A DNA stretch of 63,577 nt from a virus (Duplodnaviria; Caudoviricetes), in IMG/VR virus record IMGVR_UViG_3300033183_000158, positions 1 through 63,577 of that record. One strand, given 5' to 3'. Below the pieces are notes generated by a model. The model made no database searches. It was not told where the DNA came from and saw only the letters and a list, made by a program, of their open reading frames with translations. Of the stretch, positions 9,001 through 15,743 are shown in pieces. The translations under genes and the position numbers were made by a program. The stretch's first letter is position 1, and each line of letters starts with the position of its first letter.

Positions 9001-11997
9001 CAGAACAAATGGAAAGTTTGGTTGAATAAATTCTTCCGTGCTATTGGTAAGTTGTTTGGTGTAGAGCCTAACGCTGCTCGAATTCTAGCTGCTGAGATGC
9101 TTAGTGGTCAGATGCAGAGAGACTTTAGAGGCACACTTTCTTCTGAAACGCAGTATCAAAAAGGCGAGGATGCTACGCTTCCTGAAATGTTGGCACAAAA
9201 ACGCCTGCAATTAGAGCGTTTGATTAAACAATACGGTTCTGAAAACCTTCCAGAACTTGCAAAGCTTGCAACTAAATGGAATGAGCAGAGCACAATTGAA
9301 AATCTTACGCTCATGGATGCCCAGGTAAAACGTTACTTAGATAGTCTAGACAAATACTTGGCTAAGATGGATGCGTTTATGGCAGATCCTGAAAACAGGA
9401 CTGACGAAAACCTAAATGCAATGTTCCAAACGTTGTATAACTATAGCACGGCATTGGCAGCGTTTACAGACTTTACTGATATTCCTGCTAAAGGGTTAAA
9501 AGGTGAGCTGAAAAGCACAGTCAAAAAACTTAATAAGCGTGGAGCCCGCGTACGCCAGGCAATTAATCGTATTAGTGAGTTCTCTCAAGAGCAATTTGCA
9601 GAAAACTTAGGAGAGTTGTCTACTAACCCTGAGATCCAGGCAGACTTTATGAAGATGTTTAACCCTACGGGTATGCATCTATTCGATGAGTCTGGTACAC
9701 AGTTGCTTCTTGATTCTTTGGCAGATACCAATGTGTCGTTCATTTCTCTATTGATGAAAGACTTTAAGATCAACAGAGCTCAAGGAGAAGAAGAAGCCCA
9801 GGAAGAGTTGATTAAGTGGCAAGAGCTCATGGAAGAAATGGATGCTGCAGGTGTTACTATAGAATCTCTATACAGAGGTAATACACCTAGCCCACAGTTT
9901 ATCTTGCCTACAATTAAAAAGAGAATTAAAAATGCTGCAGGGATAACTCAGATTGTTGAGGTTCCTAATCCCCAGTGGCAAGCTCTTAGTGATAAACAAA
10001 AAGACTTTAGTAAACGCATTCGTCAGACGCTTTCTAGAATGACCGCTCATACTAATTCTAAAATGTTTGAGTATGGTTATATTCCTGCAGTTCCTCTTAA
10101 TGAGAAAGACTACTGGGAAGAAATCAAGAAGACGCGTCAAAAGATGATTGATCGCTACGAGAAGTTTAAAAACAAGAAAGTAGGAGAAGAAGGCGTAGAA
10201 GATGAATACTCTAGTGTTATTGTAGACTCTGCAGGTAACGTAGTTGAAATGTTACACATGCCATATATGAGCATGCTAAATCAACTAGAGTTGCCGGCAT
10301 TGAAACAAGTTCCTGAAGGTGCTACTCCTGAAGAGATCAAAGCTATCGGTGAAGAAAACAAAGCAATCTATGCTGAGAGAGCTAAGATTGAAGCTGAGAA
10401 TAAAAAACGCCACGGCGAAGCTCTTGATACTGACTTGCGCAACACGATGGAGCGATTCATCTACCAGGCAGTACGTCACAAGTACAAGAAAAAGATCGAG
10501 GGTAAGATGCTTCTAGCTCGTGAGCAGCTACGCCAAATGGATATTGTTGAAGCTCCTAACAAAGTTGATAGACTGAAACAAACGTTTGCGTCTGAGGACA
10601 AAAAAGGAGAAGAACAAAACCGCCCTACTATTAAAGGTGAGAACTCTAATATCTTTAAACACTACGATAAGTGGTTGACAATGGTATTCTATGATCACTT
10701 TGAGGCAGATGAAAGTGAAACCTGGAAAAAGATTTCTGATGGTCTTAGAGATTACTCTTCTGTAGTAGGTATTGGTTTAAACGTGTTCTCGGCTATTAAC
10801 AACAAGACTTACGGAGAAATGCAAACTGCTATTGAAGCAGCAGCAGGTGAGTTCTTTACAGTTAAAAACTGGTTGAATGCTAAAAAAGAATACAACGCTA
10901 ACATACTAAACATCTACGCAGATCGTGATAGTGGTAAATCTGACAACAAAATTGTAGCACTTATTAAGCGCTTCGATATTTTGCAGACACAAGACGAGCT
11001 TTCTGGTAGAGAGTACAGCAATCCTGTAATGAAGAAGTTGATGTGGGCTAAGAACGCAATGTATGCAATGCAGCATGCGGGTGAACACAGCATGCAAAAC
11101 CAAGTTCTTCTTGCAATGTTGGATAAAGAGAAGGTAATGCTCAACGGTGAAGAGATATCATTAAAAGATGCTCTTGAAGTAGAGAACGGACGTATTGTAA
11201 TTAAGAAAGGTGCGACTACTAAAGATGGTAAACCTGTAGATTCTAAATACCTGGCAAGCTTTAAGAACAAAGTAATCTCTGTTAATCAATACTTACATGG
11301 TATTTATAACAAAGAAGATGCTGGTACGCTACAACACTACGCCCTGGGTAGATTGATTATCCAGTTCCGTAAGTGGGCTCGTCCAGGATGGAATAAACGC
11401 TTTGGGGCTAAGTTTGGTCAATCTAGTTGGAATGAAACACGCGAACGCCTAGATGAGGGTAGTTATATTACCGGTGCTAAGTTTGCTAAAGAACTATTCC
11501 GAGGTGCTCTTAACATGGACTTCAATGCTAAACTTCACTACCAGTCTTTGACTGAAGGTGAGAAAGCAAACCTCAGAAGATTTGGTATGGAGATCGCAAT
11601 GATGGCGTTAGTTGGAGTACTTGCTATGGCTGCTGCGGGGGCTGCAGAAGACGATGACGATAGCAAAGCACTAGCACTCTCTGCTTACATGCTTGACCGT
11701 AGTAGAACAGAATTGATGACTTATATTCCAATCTATGGTTGGTTCAATGAAGGTAAGAAATTGATGAACTCTCCAGTAGCATCGTTCAGACAAGTAGAAT
11801 CTCTAAGTAAGATCTTGTTACATACAATGACATATCCATTCTTGTCTAAAGAAGACCGCTTCTACCAAGGTGGTATGTACAGAGGAGAAAATAAACTAGG
11901 TGTTTGGTTCAAACAGATGTTGCCGGGGGTTGCTATTGCACAACGCTGGAAGTTCATCGAAAGACAAACAGCTTACTACAAACTCTACGGATTCTAA
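1..11997 (+). CDS. Giant virion RNA polymerase polyprotein (crAss/phi14:2 gp66-like), 5'-truncated by the window
   Basis: The frame is open from base 1, 130 codons before the ORF-track ATG at 391. GSDFDIDK catalytic motif at 6241-6264, preceded by YRIPTEG; STDAQGY near 5010; zincin motifs YHEGFH (~1972) and IHEFGH (~8794); hydrophobic helix near the C-terminus. Confidence 0.92.
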   Translation, partial: ESVPGTPFAVKRPVTETVEAASTANLSEEDLLAYEEQVKHIKKEIGRKRGALKRAKRPETIERLNNEIAALESKLETVLTQGKAQPTIADPELNVDATPEEQVEQEAENNANDTVEPIELAQKVENLELDMYSFGVTLNSKLVLEDGKVVGVKEPLTAEETKVLEAMYGLEVGDDLFIRPTSEAYNGYGVFTKDGVMIGEMYTPAIARRRYNAALKKLNEATNPEQRAKLELDLLKEDARVERAEAMQSLFDQGITEITTVVKASTAGAVLFGNKERPLSEALSKESFAKHGIAYGETTSGAAKSAVSGVSVEQSDIVKGQLYVFVEGVTGLIAVPVDSPTVKEAGLLDQLEADLIALAAHVTSTDGAQLSGTPEYDAIIARIADYLPVTGSKGIRVVRQTNRGKTFVNLKLPIQGAEMEIVLIDANGNSNFTPGEENHFKEQAIKIQEEGRTFTIPFTQVMNLLGDKLTDVNTQKLKNSDPETRAKYLAQIGQRMTTNLESFTDANGKKYHVSPKTVGNQYGASIQHDAVSHNLKPTLQQKAERVNAVAPDEVREKVKRNKPKERRVKRGKKTSKNKTGRDAMDDALGLSLKVDGDNINDGKTEDLDAAEAWWRKAFPNVPFIRVEGLINNGGELAYGLFANASVTLSNLALPGTVYHEGFHTAMHLYLTEEERSKIYSEARAELSKLSPEEFKEAMRVARVSGVSNVSELTDLQVEEYVAEKFRAFMIVGESEYTPKTRIGRWFKKLKDLIKMFLSNRKHTDRLFQNIKAGKFNYKPTPQMIAHANTMSANLKALPEMTTREINESVNIITRLVPGAIQDIQDNAEEYGIKPGDNISEWVGAVLYDYLQENLVDRGIGNIENIVKVLNNFDDTDLSPGILSRVMHAFKLRYGVDLANATLNDLNRKNVEQIDALESDQEIDNADAMDGRIERNWDDSFLFHNPKDSVSQDVRNTIQSLPKIDRFEGDKLYASKDNFFGIRQFVEFDAVYPYLEANLAGIASVQEMMDRIYEFANSADPTFMALYKKLTIGDGAANLRSAFYTHFAKQRPTVLMAVFEDGVIKMIPVNRNNSEFLIRDKFISQASAHRSENNLNPGQQKAKIVELRKPLRKAENLTNEEFAKRYSQVLGSMGMSLVEGGVDVVEKAIARELNKGTLDKQELKTKLGYIIEAYVADNIENERKNLTDFGRSIRYYKSEAIQNVMQNVEGKNLYGVTQSNHIARVLDMLKDPAKEAQARQILAEMLKDPRVRHSNYMRLIVKYGVVNDKNELVEAQASVEPLMENGLPIINREGLEKINYSLLDGLKTDKDGVRYGDMNEVEFVALSVAGYLRGGQDLKDAGERSDVITTPALTPSDKGTLYLMNTPRWDRQDVRRNFHDGSGAELSTVLISRALHGELQAMRQEGRRLFGDNIDGPLTEDMLIPGQALQTYYDTDGNGNVVVDGKVVGNGFKSSLLSGIDMAALTEEERKTIQTLIQPNGIPMGGFGSLVPAVARIIKKYTVQQEADRIEKLILQAAEKSPEFKMQVNAQPGKSLEDRARRIALGDKNNIGMALHNMLHNYEMQTLFYGTEGEYKNDVDHGKRAASPWTPGIALDTTQFSSPTYRVATMSDIKVTSASYQAMEDQLTADILDAKHKGKAEKTAKGAATKAGKEARKEARELLKGYRNIESTDAQGYMTIDRFQEIMRARGLGSKYDPLIEKVKAGKKLTPRELKYFLDPVKPFYYSRSYDPRLGRMSSNLIKLSSLPLIPQLTRGTELDKLRLWMENKDSGVKAGPNRVDEVVYQTAHKVGSYEVSTPHSVDADGNVTFDPKSMLEAGIRELPHEGYTIQLDNPEHLVDAKAKVGSQLAKLIIEGLDPSATYGTFGSADSLINNYQSTIAELVQIAHDKLIEDIGAVVNEDGSMEFTEKSLEKLGSIIQDELGRRNATEVLKQGLQVTPDGKRFVVPAFFSGAASKVESLMLSLYTQRVVNIKVPGGTAVQASSSLMVGKDRPRLSAKLKPDGGIDYYEVMLPAYMKEQMTDSKGRVLPIDQIPEEALEIIGYRIPTEGKNSMAPMKVVGFLPPEYGGTIAVPDEFIVQMGSDFDIDKLFLQMRNIPKKDAGNQPMELTREQELQNNLFDMIHTVLRHPSHFRDVISPQGFEGLKETASKIAQLRGKSENARLNTLLFSTQNEFRNRNAIGSSMIGIAANFNVFMAVAQNTDMVLADGIMIEHVVTPELKAAYPNQVSANAKVGSTVRIRHTNIGKNDAGTYVNAEGKLISAEMKQFIAATVDNAKDPIFDKFNGKAYTLPTILTMVSVGVPTETALMFAAQPIIIEAATAYDNNRSVFGTGSTTEFNEVKGNYIREILKLIPSQRNLKPEEKIADWNTIPDVIAKLQQQGEITSEPNTSNKLLRRGIEVDPASLEGEQKLNYLVQQLHVLQEFSETRKSAMAAQDSVKLYKTDVTSAGPSTSRSHELDYIMRSMDADPKIYIDNVPAHVAIYPERARRLESEGTLQGQYTATGEKIFDVPEQSAYPILESYYENVSVRSREMLKHFFISETTGVLAFTDKAMQVFNNGRWDEKVANKVKRLVNQQALSKVPALQDLDASIMLGINRIPANGQAWTEKEIMNGEAPVAVVLRYAQQKYPDLANNPYHILNKLKPEFNKKTVESNLGMRLISFENISDSVIDEALTESLEEMLFGNDPLLKLLAEQLVKYNFLTKGMAFQRDSFAKLLSPDILESMNIPDQLYIEMNNLQGSMPQLTLDQYASVNYRDFAKPFALNKDEWQDGKDAGADGGFVVSASKSRRLGPYVLRTGNGSLMNPEYYDADSSAILYKRVTDGSVEVDEGSVAYVPIQKRGIRGKLVELDGSSAIHPTVGKSLSKISFGETEATATTEEKVDMLQANFAAAGIQVVVRTDETMSENASVKTEGGKSLITLNPNQVFGDTVIHEFGHIYVDLLGVDNPLVAQGIAQLKGTQLWKDVAARYPELSGDALAKEVLVTAIGREGSKLFNEQRSQNKWKVWLNKFFRAIGKLFGVEPNAARILAAEMLSGQMQRDFRGTLSSETQYQKGEDATLPEMLAQKRLQLERLIKQYGSENLPELAKLATKWNEQSTIENLTLMDAQVKRYLDSLDKYLAKMDAFMADPENRTDENLNAMFQTLYNYSTALAAFTDFTDIPAKGLKGELKSTVKKLNKRGARVRQAINRISEFSQEQFAENLGELSTNPEIQADFMKMFNPTGMHLFDESGTQLLLDSLADTNVSFISLLMKDFKINRAQGEEEAQEELIKWQELMEEMDAAGVTIESLYRGNTPSPQFILPTIKKRIKNAAGITQIVEVPNPQWQALSDKQKDFSKRIRQTLSRMTAHTNSKMFEYGYIPAVPLNEKDYWEEIKKTRQKMIDRYEKFKNKKVGEEGVEDEYSSVIVDSAGNVVEMLHMPYMSMLNQLELPALKQVPEGATPEEIKAIGEENKAIYAERAKIEAENKKRHGEALDTDLRNTMERFIYQAVRHKYKKKIEGKMLLAREQLRQMDIVEAPNKVDRLKQTFASEDKKGEEQNRPTIKGENSNIFKHYDKWLTMVFYDHFEADESETWKKISDGLRDYSSVVGIGLNVFSAINNKTYGEMQTAIEAAAGEFFTVKNWLNAKKEYNANILNIYADRDSGKSDNKIVALIKRFDILQTQDELSGREYSNPVMKKLMWAKNAMYAMQHAGEHSMQNQVLLAMLDKEKVMLNGEEISLKDALEVENGRIVIKKGATTKDGKPVDSKYLASFKNKVISVNQYLHGIYNKEDAGTLQHYALGRLIIQFRKWARPGWNKRFGAKFGQSSWNETRERLDEGSYITGAKFAKELFRGALNMDFNAKLHYQSLTEGEKANLRRFGMEIAMMALVGVLAMAAAGAAEDDDDSKALALSAYMLDRSRTELMTYIPIYGWFNEGKKLMNSPVASFRQVESLSKILLHTMTYPFLSKEDRFYQGGMYRGENKLGVWFKQMLPGVAIAQRWKFIERQTAYYKLYGF

Positions 11998-12010
11998 TCC
12001 AAAGTGGTAC

Positions 12011-12049
12011 AAAAAAAAGGGGAGCTACTTGCTCCCCTTCTTCTTTTTT
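12011..12049. terminator. Bidirectional intrinsic terminator between convergent modules
   Basis: A8, then stem AAGGGGAGC-TACTT-GCTCCCCTT, then CTTCTTTTTT; lies at the +/- convergence point. Confidence 0.88.
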
Positions 12050-12135
12050 GCTGGTGTAGAACTTTCTTTGCAGAATCCCTTCTTGCAATTACATTCTTTT
12101 GGCGCCACCTCGCAATACCTTTTAGGTTGTTGCAT
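12025..12135 (-). CDS. Small Cys/Lys-rich peptide (36 aa)
   Basis: Manual translation MQQPKRYCEVAPKECNCKKGFCKESSTPAKKKKGSK. It follows the SPL-like gene and runs into the terminator, so it may be spurious. Confidence 0.35.
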   Translation of the reverse strand: MQQPKRYCEVAPKECNCKKGFCKESSTPAKKKKGSK

Positions 12136-12146
12136 GTGGTAAGATT

Positions 12147-13001
12147 TTAAAATATGTATCTGATAGTGTCTAGGTTAAAGTAACTACTATACAACTCTTT
12201 AAATTCTTCTATCCATCGTCCTTTGTAGCTCAAAGGATAACGCATTACACCTTGTTTGTTCTTGATTTCTGAGCTCCATTTCATCATCTCTTGAGCTTCA
12301 AGGCTAGATCTAACCATCTGACTCTTGTGATTTGTAAGAGCAATCACCTCACACTTGTTTTCTCCTGCGATGTTCTTCACATCAGAGAACAAGCCATCGT
12401 ACTGTTTAACCCAGTCTTTAACAAATATAACAGGACTGTAGTTAATATGCACCTCCCAACCTAACTCTTTGAGCCGATTAATATCCTCTAATCGGCTCAC
12501 AATCTTAGACATCTTAGGTTCTAAGACATCGGAATACTTCTGTGGCATTACACTCACGCGTACTCTAGGCTTCTTATTAAAGCTACTAACGTCTAGCGTC
12601 AGTAGTTCTGGATACTTAGTAGCCATTGTACTGTTAAGGTTTTCGTGTTTATCATACATACGTAGATAGTCATATAAAGGAATTGGCATATGCTTTTGCA
12701 TAAGGACCAAGTCAGAGTTACATGCTATATCTACCATTGTGTATCTCGGATCCTGCTGGTCAGGAACTTTGATATAGGTCTTCTCCCACTCAACAACAGA
12801 GTTAAATATCTCGTCGACATTCTCATTTACAAAGACTCTCGTGCCATTGTAGCGAGACATATAGCAATACGTATTAACGCACCCTCCGAAACATCCGTAG
12901 ATGACGTTAGGTGCGATACAATTTGCGCTGTTGTTATTGGGTTTTGTTACGAGAGTCCGGGTCTTCTGGCGTTTAATCACGCTCGATACCGTTTTCTTCA
13001 A
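12147..13001 (-). CDS. splB: Spore photoproduct lyase-like radical SAM protein
   Basis: GCFGGCVNTYCYM cluster motif, IACNSD (like SplB SCTSD), ATK, RVSVMP, SRLEDINRLKELGWEVHINYSPV, C-terminal IRYIF. The start may be GTG at 12980. Confidence 0.82.
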   Translation of the reverse strand: MKKTVSSVIKRQKTRTLVTKPNNNSANCIAPNVIYGCFGGCVNTYCYMSRYNGTRVFVNENVDEIFNSVVEWEKTYIKVPDQQDPRYTMVDIACNSDLVLMQKHMPIPLYDYLRMYDKHENLNSTMATKYPELLTLDVSSFNKKPRVRVSVMPQKYSDVLEPKMSKIVSRLEDINRLKELGWEVHINYSPVIFVKDWVKQYDGLFSDVKNIAGENKCEVIALTNHKSQMVRSSLEAQEMMKWSSEIKNKQGVMRYPLSYKGRWIEEFKELYSSYFNLDTIRYIF

Positions 13002-13095
13002 GGTCTTTCTGGCAGATATCTACCATAGTCAACGCTTCTTCGTATGTGTCGTAGTAATTATTTCTTACTTTCCACAGGAGCTTTGGTCTTGACAT
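12973..13095 (-). CDS. Hypothetical protein (40 aa)
   Basis: MSRPKLLWKVRNNYYDTYEEALTMVDICQKDLEENGIERD; its stop overlaps the GTG start of the SPL-like gene. Confidence 0.5.
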   Translation of the reverse strand: MSRPKLLWKVRNNYYDTYEEALTMVDICQKDLEENGIERD

Positions 13096-13234
13096 TGTAT
13101 TCTTTCTTTAATCTGATAAGCGTCCTGGTACTTACACCTAGAGCAGACGCTGCTTCTTTCTGAGTTTTAAAATTCTTTAAGGCAAACACAATCATTCTTT
13201 TGTGCCACCATGCGATGTTAAGATTTTCTGGCAT
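13058..13234 (-). CDS. Fis-type helix-turn-helix protein (58 aa)
   Basis: Manual translation MPENLNIAWWHKRMIVFALKNFKTQKEAASALGVSTRTLIRLKKEYNV...; the QKEAASALGVSTRTL pattern is typical of the Fis HTH. Confidence 0.7.
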   Translation of the reverse strand: MPENLNIAWWHKRMIVFALKNFKTQKEAASALGVSTRTLIRLKKEYNVKTKAPVESKK

Positions 13235-13360
13235 TTGGATTTGTTTCAGCTACAGAAATATGGAGATCTAGTTTCTTGGAGATGTCCTTTAACTGTCGCG
13301 TTCTGGTTAATAATTCTTTTAAGCTGTATAGCTGTTCTGTCGTTAGGTCTACCCAGTGTG

Positions 13361-13588
13361 TCATTTCTCTTTGGTGTTAAAGGTTTCGCTCAAGTACAAT
13401 TCATTGTCCAAGAACTCTACTACATTTCTTGCTAACCTTTCCTTCCTTCCTTTTGGACTAATGCTAATAGCCCAACTTAATAAGGTGTCGCTGATAATCG
13501 TTTTAATGTCTTGTATCATTTCTATTCTGTTTTTATATGTTGTTGCGTATGATTTGATTTCTTTTCCCATCATTATATGTCTTAACAT
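13361..13588 (-). CDS. Hypothetical protein
   Basis: ORF in the - strand operon. Confidence 0.5.
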   Translation of the reverse strand: MLRHIMMGKEIKSYATTYKNRIEMIQDIKTIISDTLLSWAISISPKGRKERLARNVVEFLDNELYLSETFNTKEK

Positions 13589-13594
13589 CCTTTA

Positions 13595-13817
13595 ATGGTG
13601 GGACTTCCCATCATCTCATTTGATTTATTGCATATCGCAATATGCAATATTTCACTTTTAAGTGAAATACACACTCCATTGTCAAGTTATACCCTTACTT
13701 TGTCACAAATTGTGGCTCTTTTTGTGAAGATTTGTGGCTCATCATTGGGAGGATTTGTGATTCGCGAATCACGAAGCGTGTACTATAATGGTACATAAAG
13801 AGGAGGTTGCAAATAAC
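13595..13817 (+). repeat. Array of back-to-back inverted repeats (about 7 hairpins)
   Basis: 13595-13614, 13626-13649 (10-bp stem), 13648-13669 (10-bp stem), 13702-13716, perfect 16-nt palindrome GTGATTCGCGAATCAC at 13757-13772, 13778-13796, 13804-13817. Confidence 0.7.
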
Positions 13818-13829
13818 CACTTCATTTGT

Positions 13830-13997
13830 CTATTTTAAGTTAGTAATAACCCTCCCCTTTATTCTTTTAATCTTACGCTTGTATCGCTGCTTATGGGTTA
13901 TACCTGCCATCCCTTTTGAACTATTTGCAAGGTAGTTCTTTTTAGTTAAAGGCTTAGTAGCCGCTGCTATTTGTCGTAGTAACTCTTGGTCAGTCAT
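13830..13997 (-). CDS. Small basic hypothetical protein
   Basis: MTDQELLRQIAAATKP...; the internal ATG is preferred over the ORF-track start at 14036. Confidence 0.45.
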   Translation of the reverse strand: MTDQELLRQIAAATKPLTKKNYLANSSKGMAGITHKQRYKRKIKRIKGRVITNLK

Positions 13998-14037
13998 AAA
14001 ATTTGTGTATCTTAACGTTAAATTAACATTGCACATT

Positions 14038-14172
14038 ATGAAAAAGATAGTAGTTCTTCTAGCATTCTTGCTAGGCTCATGTGCAACTGCAGACTATACA
14101 GTTGTACACCAGGATGTACAAAAATGCTGTGACATTACAGCGATACATCATCACATATCGTTCTCAGAGTAA
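14038..14172 (+). CDS. Small lipoprotein (44 aa) on the strand opposite its neighbours
   Basis: MKKIVVLLAFLLGSC-ATADYTVVHQDVQKCCDITAIHHHISFSE: basic n-region, hydrophobic h-region and LGSC lipobox. Confidence 0.65.
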   Translation: MKKIVVLLAFLLGSCATADYTVVHQDVQKCCDITAIHHHISFSE

Positions 14173-14384
14173 TACTCTTCGAGATCCAGAAAGTGTTTAG
14201 TAGCTTGTTCTTCGATGCTTGACATAACAAATGTGTCAAGGCAATCTATTATTGGTAGAATATCGACACCTTCATACTGAACTTGATCTATAAATATAGT
14301 TACGTCATTGTCATCGAGGAATCCTCGGTAACCGACATCTATAGATACAGTATCACATAGTTCGTATGTTAGCATGTGCCGCAT
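14151..14384 (-). CDS. Acidic hypothetical protein
   Basis: MRHMLTYEL...; the upstream ORF-track start lies inside a terminator. Confidence 0.55.
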   Translation of the reverse strand: MRHMLTYELCDTVSIDVGYRGFLDDNDVTIFIDQVQYEGVDILPIIDCLDTFVMSSIEEQATKHFLDLEEYYSENDM

Positions 14385-14397
14385 ACTCAAATGTAAT

Positions 14398-14428
14398 AAA
14401 AAGAAAAGAGGAAGCAAAACGCTTCCTC
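14398..14428 (-). terminator. Intrinsic terminator after ung
   Basis: GAGGAAGC-GTTTT-GCTTCCTC-TTTTCTTTTT on the - strand. Confidence 0.75.
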
Positions 14429-14431
14429 ATT

Positions 14432-15550
14432 CTACCAAACTATCGGATTTTGATTTGTAGACTCTAAGAACTCATTACATCTAGTAAAATGCTTACACCC
14501 AAAGAAACCTTTATGTGCCGAGAATGGCGACGGGTGTGATGCTTTTAATACTAGGTGCTTGTCATGATCTATCATGCCTTCAAACTCTTGAGCATGTTTA
14601 CCCCATAGCATAAATACCATAGGTCTATGGGTATTATTAGGACGGGCTAATAAATGTTTTAGGGTTGCCTTAGTAAATTGTTGCCACCCTAGCTTAGAGT
14701 GCGAAGCAGCATGTCCTTTCTCTACAGTTAATACAGTATTGATTAGGAATACTCCTTGCTTTGCCCAGTGCTCTAGGTTAGTTTGAATGTTGAGGTAGAA
14801 CCCCTCAGCATAATCTTCTTCAACCTCTTTTAGTATGTTCTTAAGAGATGGTGGTACTTTCAACTGTCCTTTTTTTATAGAAAAAGCCAGTCCGTGAGCA
14901 CTACCATCGTGGTATGGATCTTGACCAATGACAACAACGCGTACATCATTATAAGGCGTAAGCTTATACGCATTAAAGATGTCGTTGTTCTCAGGGTATA
15001 CTATAGTACGCTTACGAAGGTTTGCCACCCTCTTACCAAGTTCCTGCATGTAAGCATTCTTAAACTCGGAATACAATACTGTGTACCATTCGTACCCTAG
15101 TAAGTTCATACGCTTCTGGTCCATACTATCTTTACACACTATATCCCAGTGCTTACAACGCAGAAAGATCTTCTCCATGTATCCTTTGTTGTTGCTCTTA
15201 TAGTTCATGTAAAAAGAGTTCCGTTCGATATTGTAGGCTTCTGCAGTGTATGTTGCAAAGTCTGTTTCATACACTACCTTTTCTACATAAGGAACCAACG
15301 ACTTTAGAATAGTCCAACTAAACGTGTTGCGGTGCTTGTTTTGTTCTTTCTCTTTCTTGTAGAGAATCATTTCGTTATCCACCGTACGTATAGTACCTAC
15401 TAATCTAGAGCGGTCGTCGTCCCCAGGTTCAATGAGAAAGACATTGAGTCCTTCATCTGTTTGTTTGCCATATATTTTAGCGCCGTAAGGATCAGCACTA
15501 ATAGGCATCAAGTCTTGAGCTAAGCTCTCCAGTTTCTCTTCAACCGTCAT
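14432..15550 (-). CDS. ung: Uracil-DNA glycosylase family 1 with ~150-aa N-terminal extension
   Basis: VVVIGQDPYH, AHGLAFS, PPSLKNI, WAKQGVFLINTVLTV, LWGKHAQ, HPSPFS motifs. Confidence 0.93.
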   Translation of the reverse strand: MTVEEKLESLAQDLMPISADPYGAKIYGKQTDEGLNVFLIEPGDDDRSRLVGTIRTVDNEMILYKKEKEQNKHRNTFSWTILKSLVPYVEKVVYETDFATYTAEAYNIERNSFYMNYKSNNKGYMEKIFLRCKHWDIVCKDSMDQKRMNLLGYEWYTVLYSEFKNAYMQELGKRVANLRKRTIVYPENNDIFNAYKLTPYNDVRVVVIGQDPYHDGSAHGLAFSIKKGQLKVPPSLKNILKEVEEDYAEGFYLNIQTNLEHWAKQGVFLINTVLTVEKGHAASHSKLGWQQFTKATLKHLLARPNNTHRPMVFMLWGKHAQEFEGMIDHDKHLVLKASHPSPFSAHKGFFGCKHFTRCNEFLESTNQNPIVW

Positions 15551-15743
15551 AATACTTTTCTAAAATGTACTGCCGAAATTCTTCTTGAGTACCCTCCCAA
15601 TAGGGTCGGGAGTAGAGTGTGCCCTTGATTTTACAGGACACACCCTTTCCCTGGGCTAGAATTTCATCATGCTTTTTCTTGGCTTGTTCAGCAAGCTTCT
15701 TGGTCTTTTCGATCGACTCTAGTCGTTCTAGTCTACTGATCAT
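15540..15743 (-). CDS. Hypothetical protein
   Basis: Overlaps both neighbours in the operon. Confidence 0.55.
   Translation of the reverse strand: MISRLERLESIEKTKKLAEQAKKKHDEILAQGKGVSCKIKGTLYSRPYWEGTQEEFRQYILEKYYDG

Noticed and set aside
1228-11270. Many short antisense or nested ORFs in the track, here and across the structural genes
   Set aside because: They are shadows of codon bias in the long genes and have no motifs or translational coupling.
13595-13798. 67-aa + strand ORF over the hairpin array
   Set aside because: It has no protein-like features, and the dense inverted repeats explain the region better.
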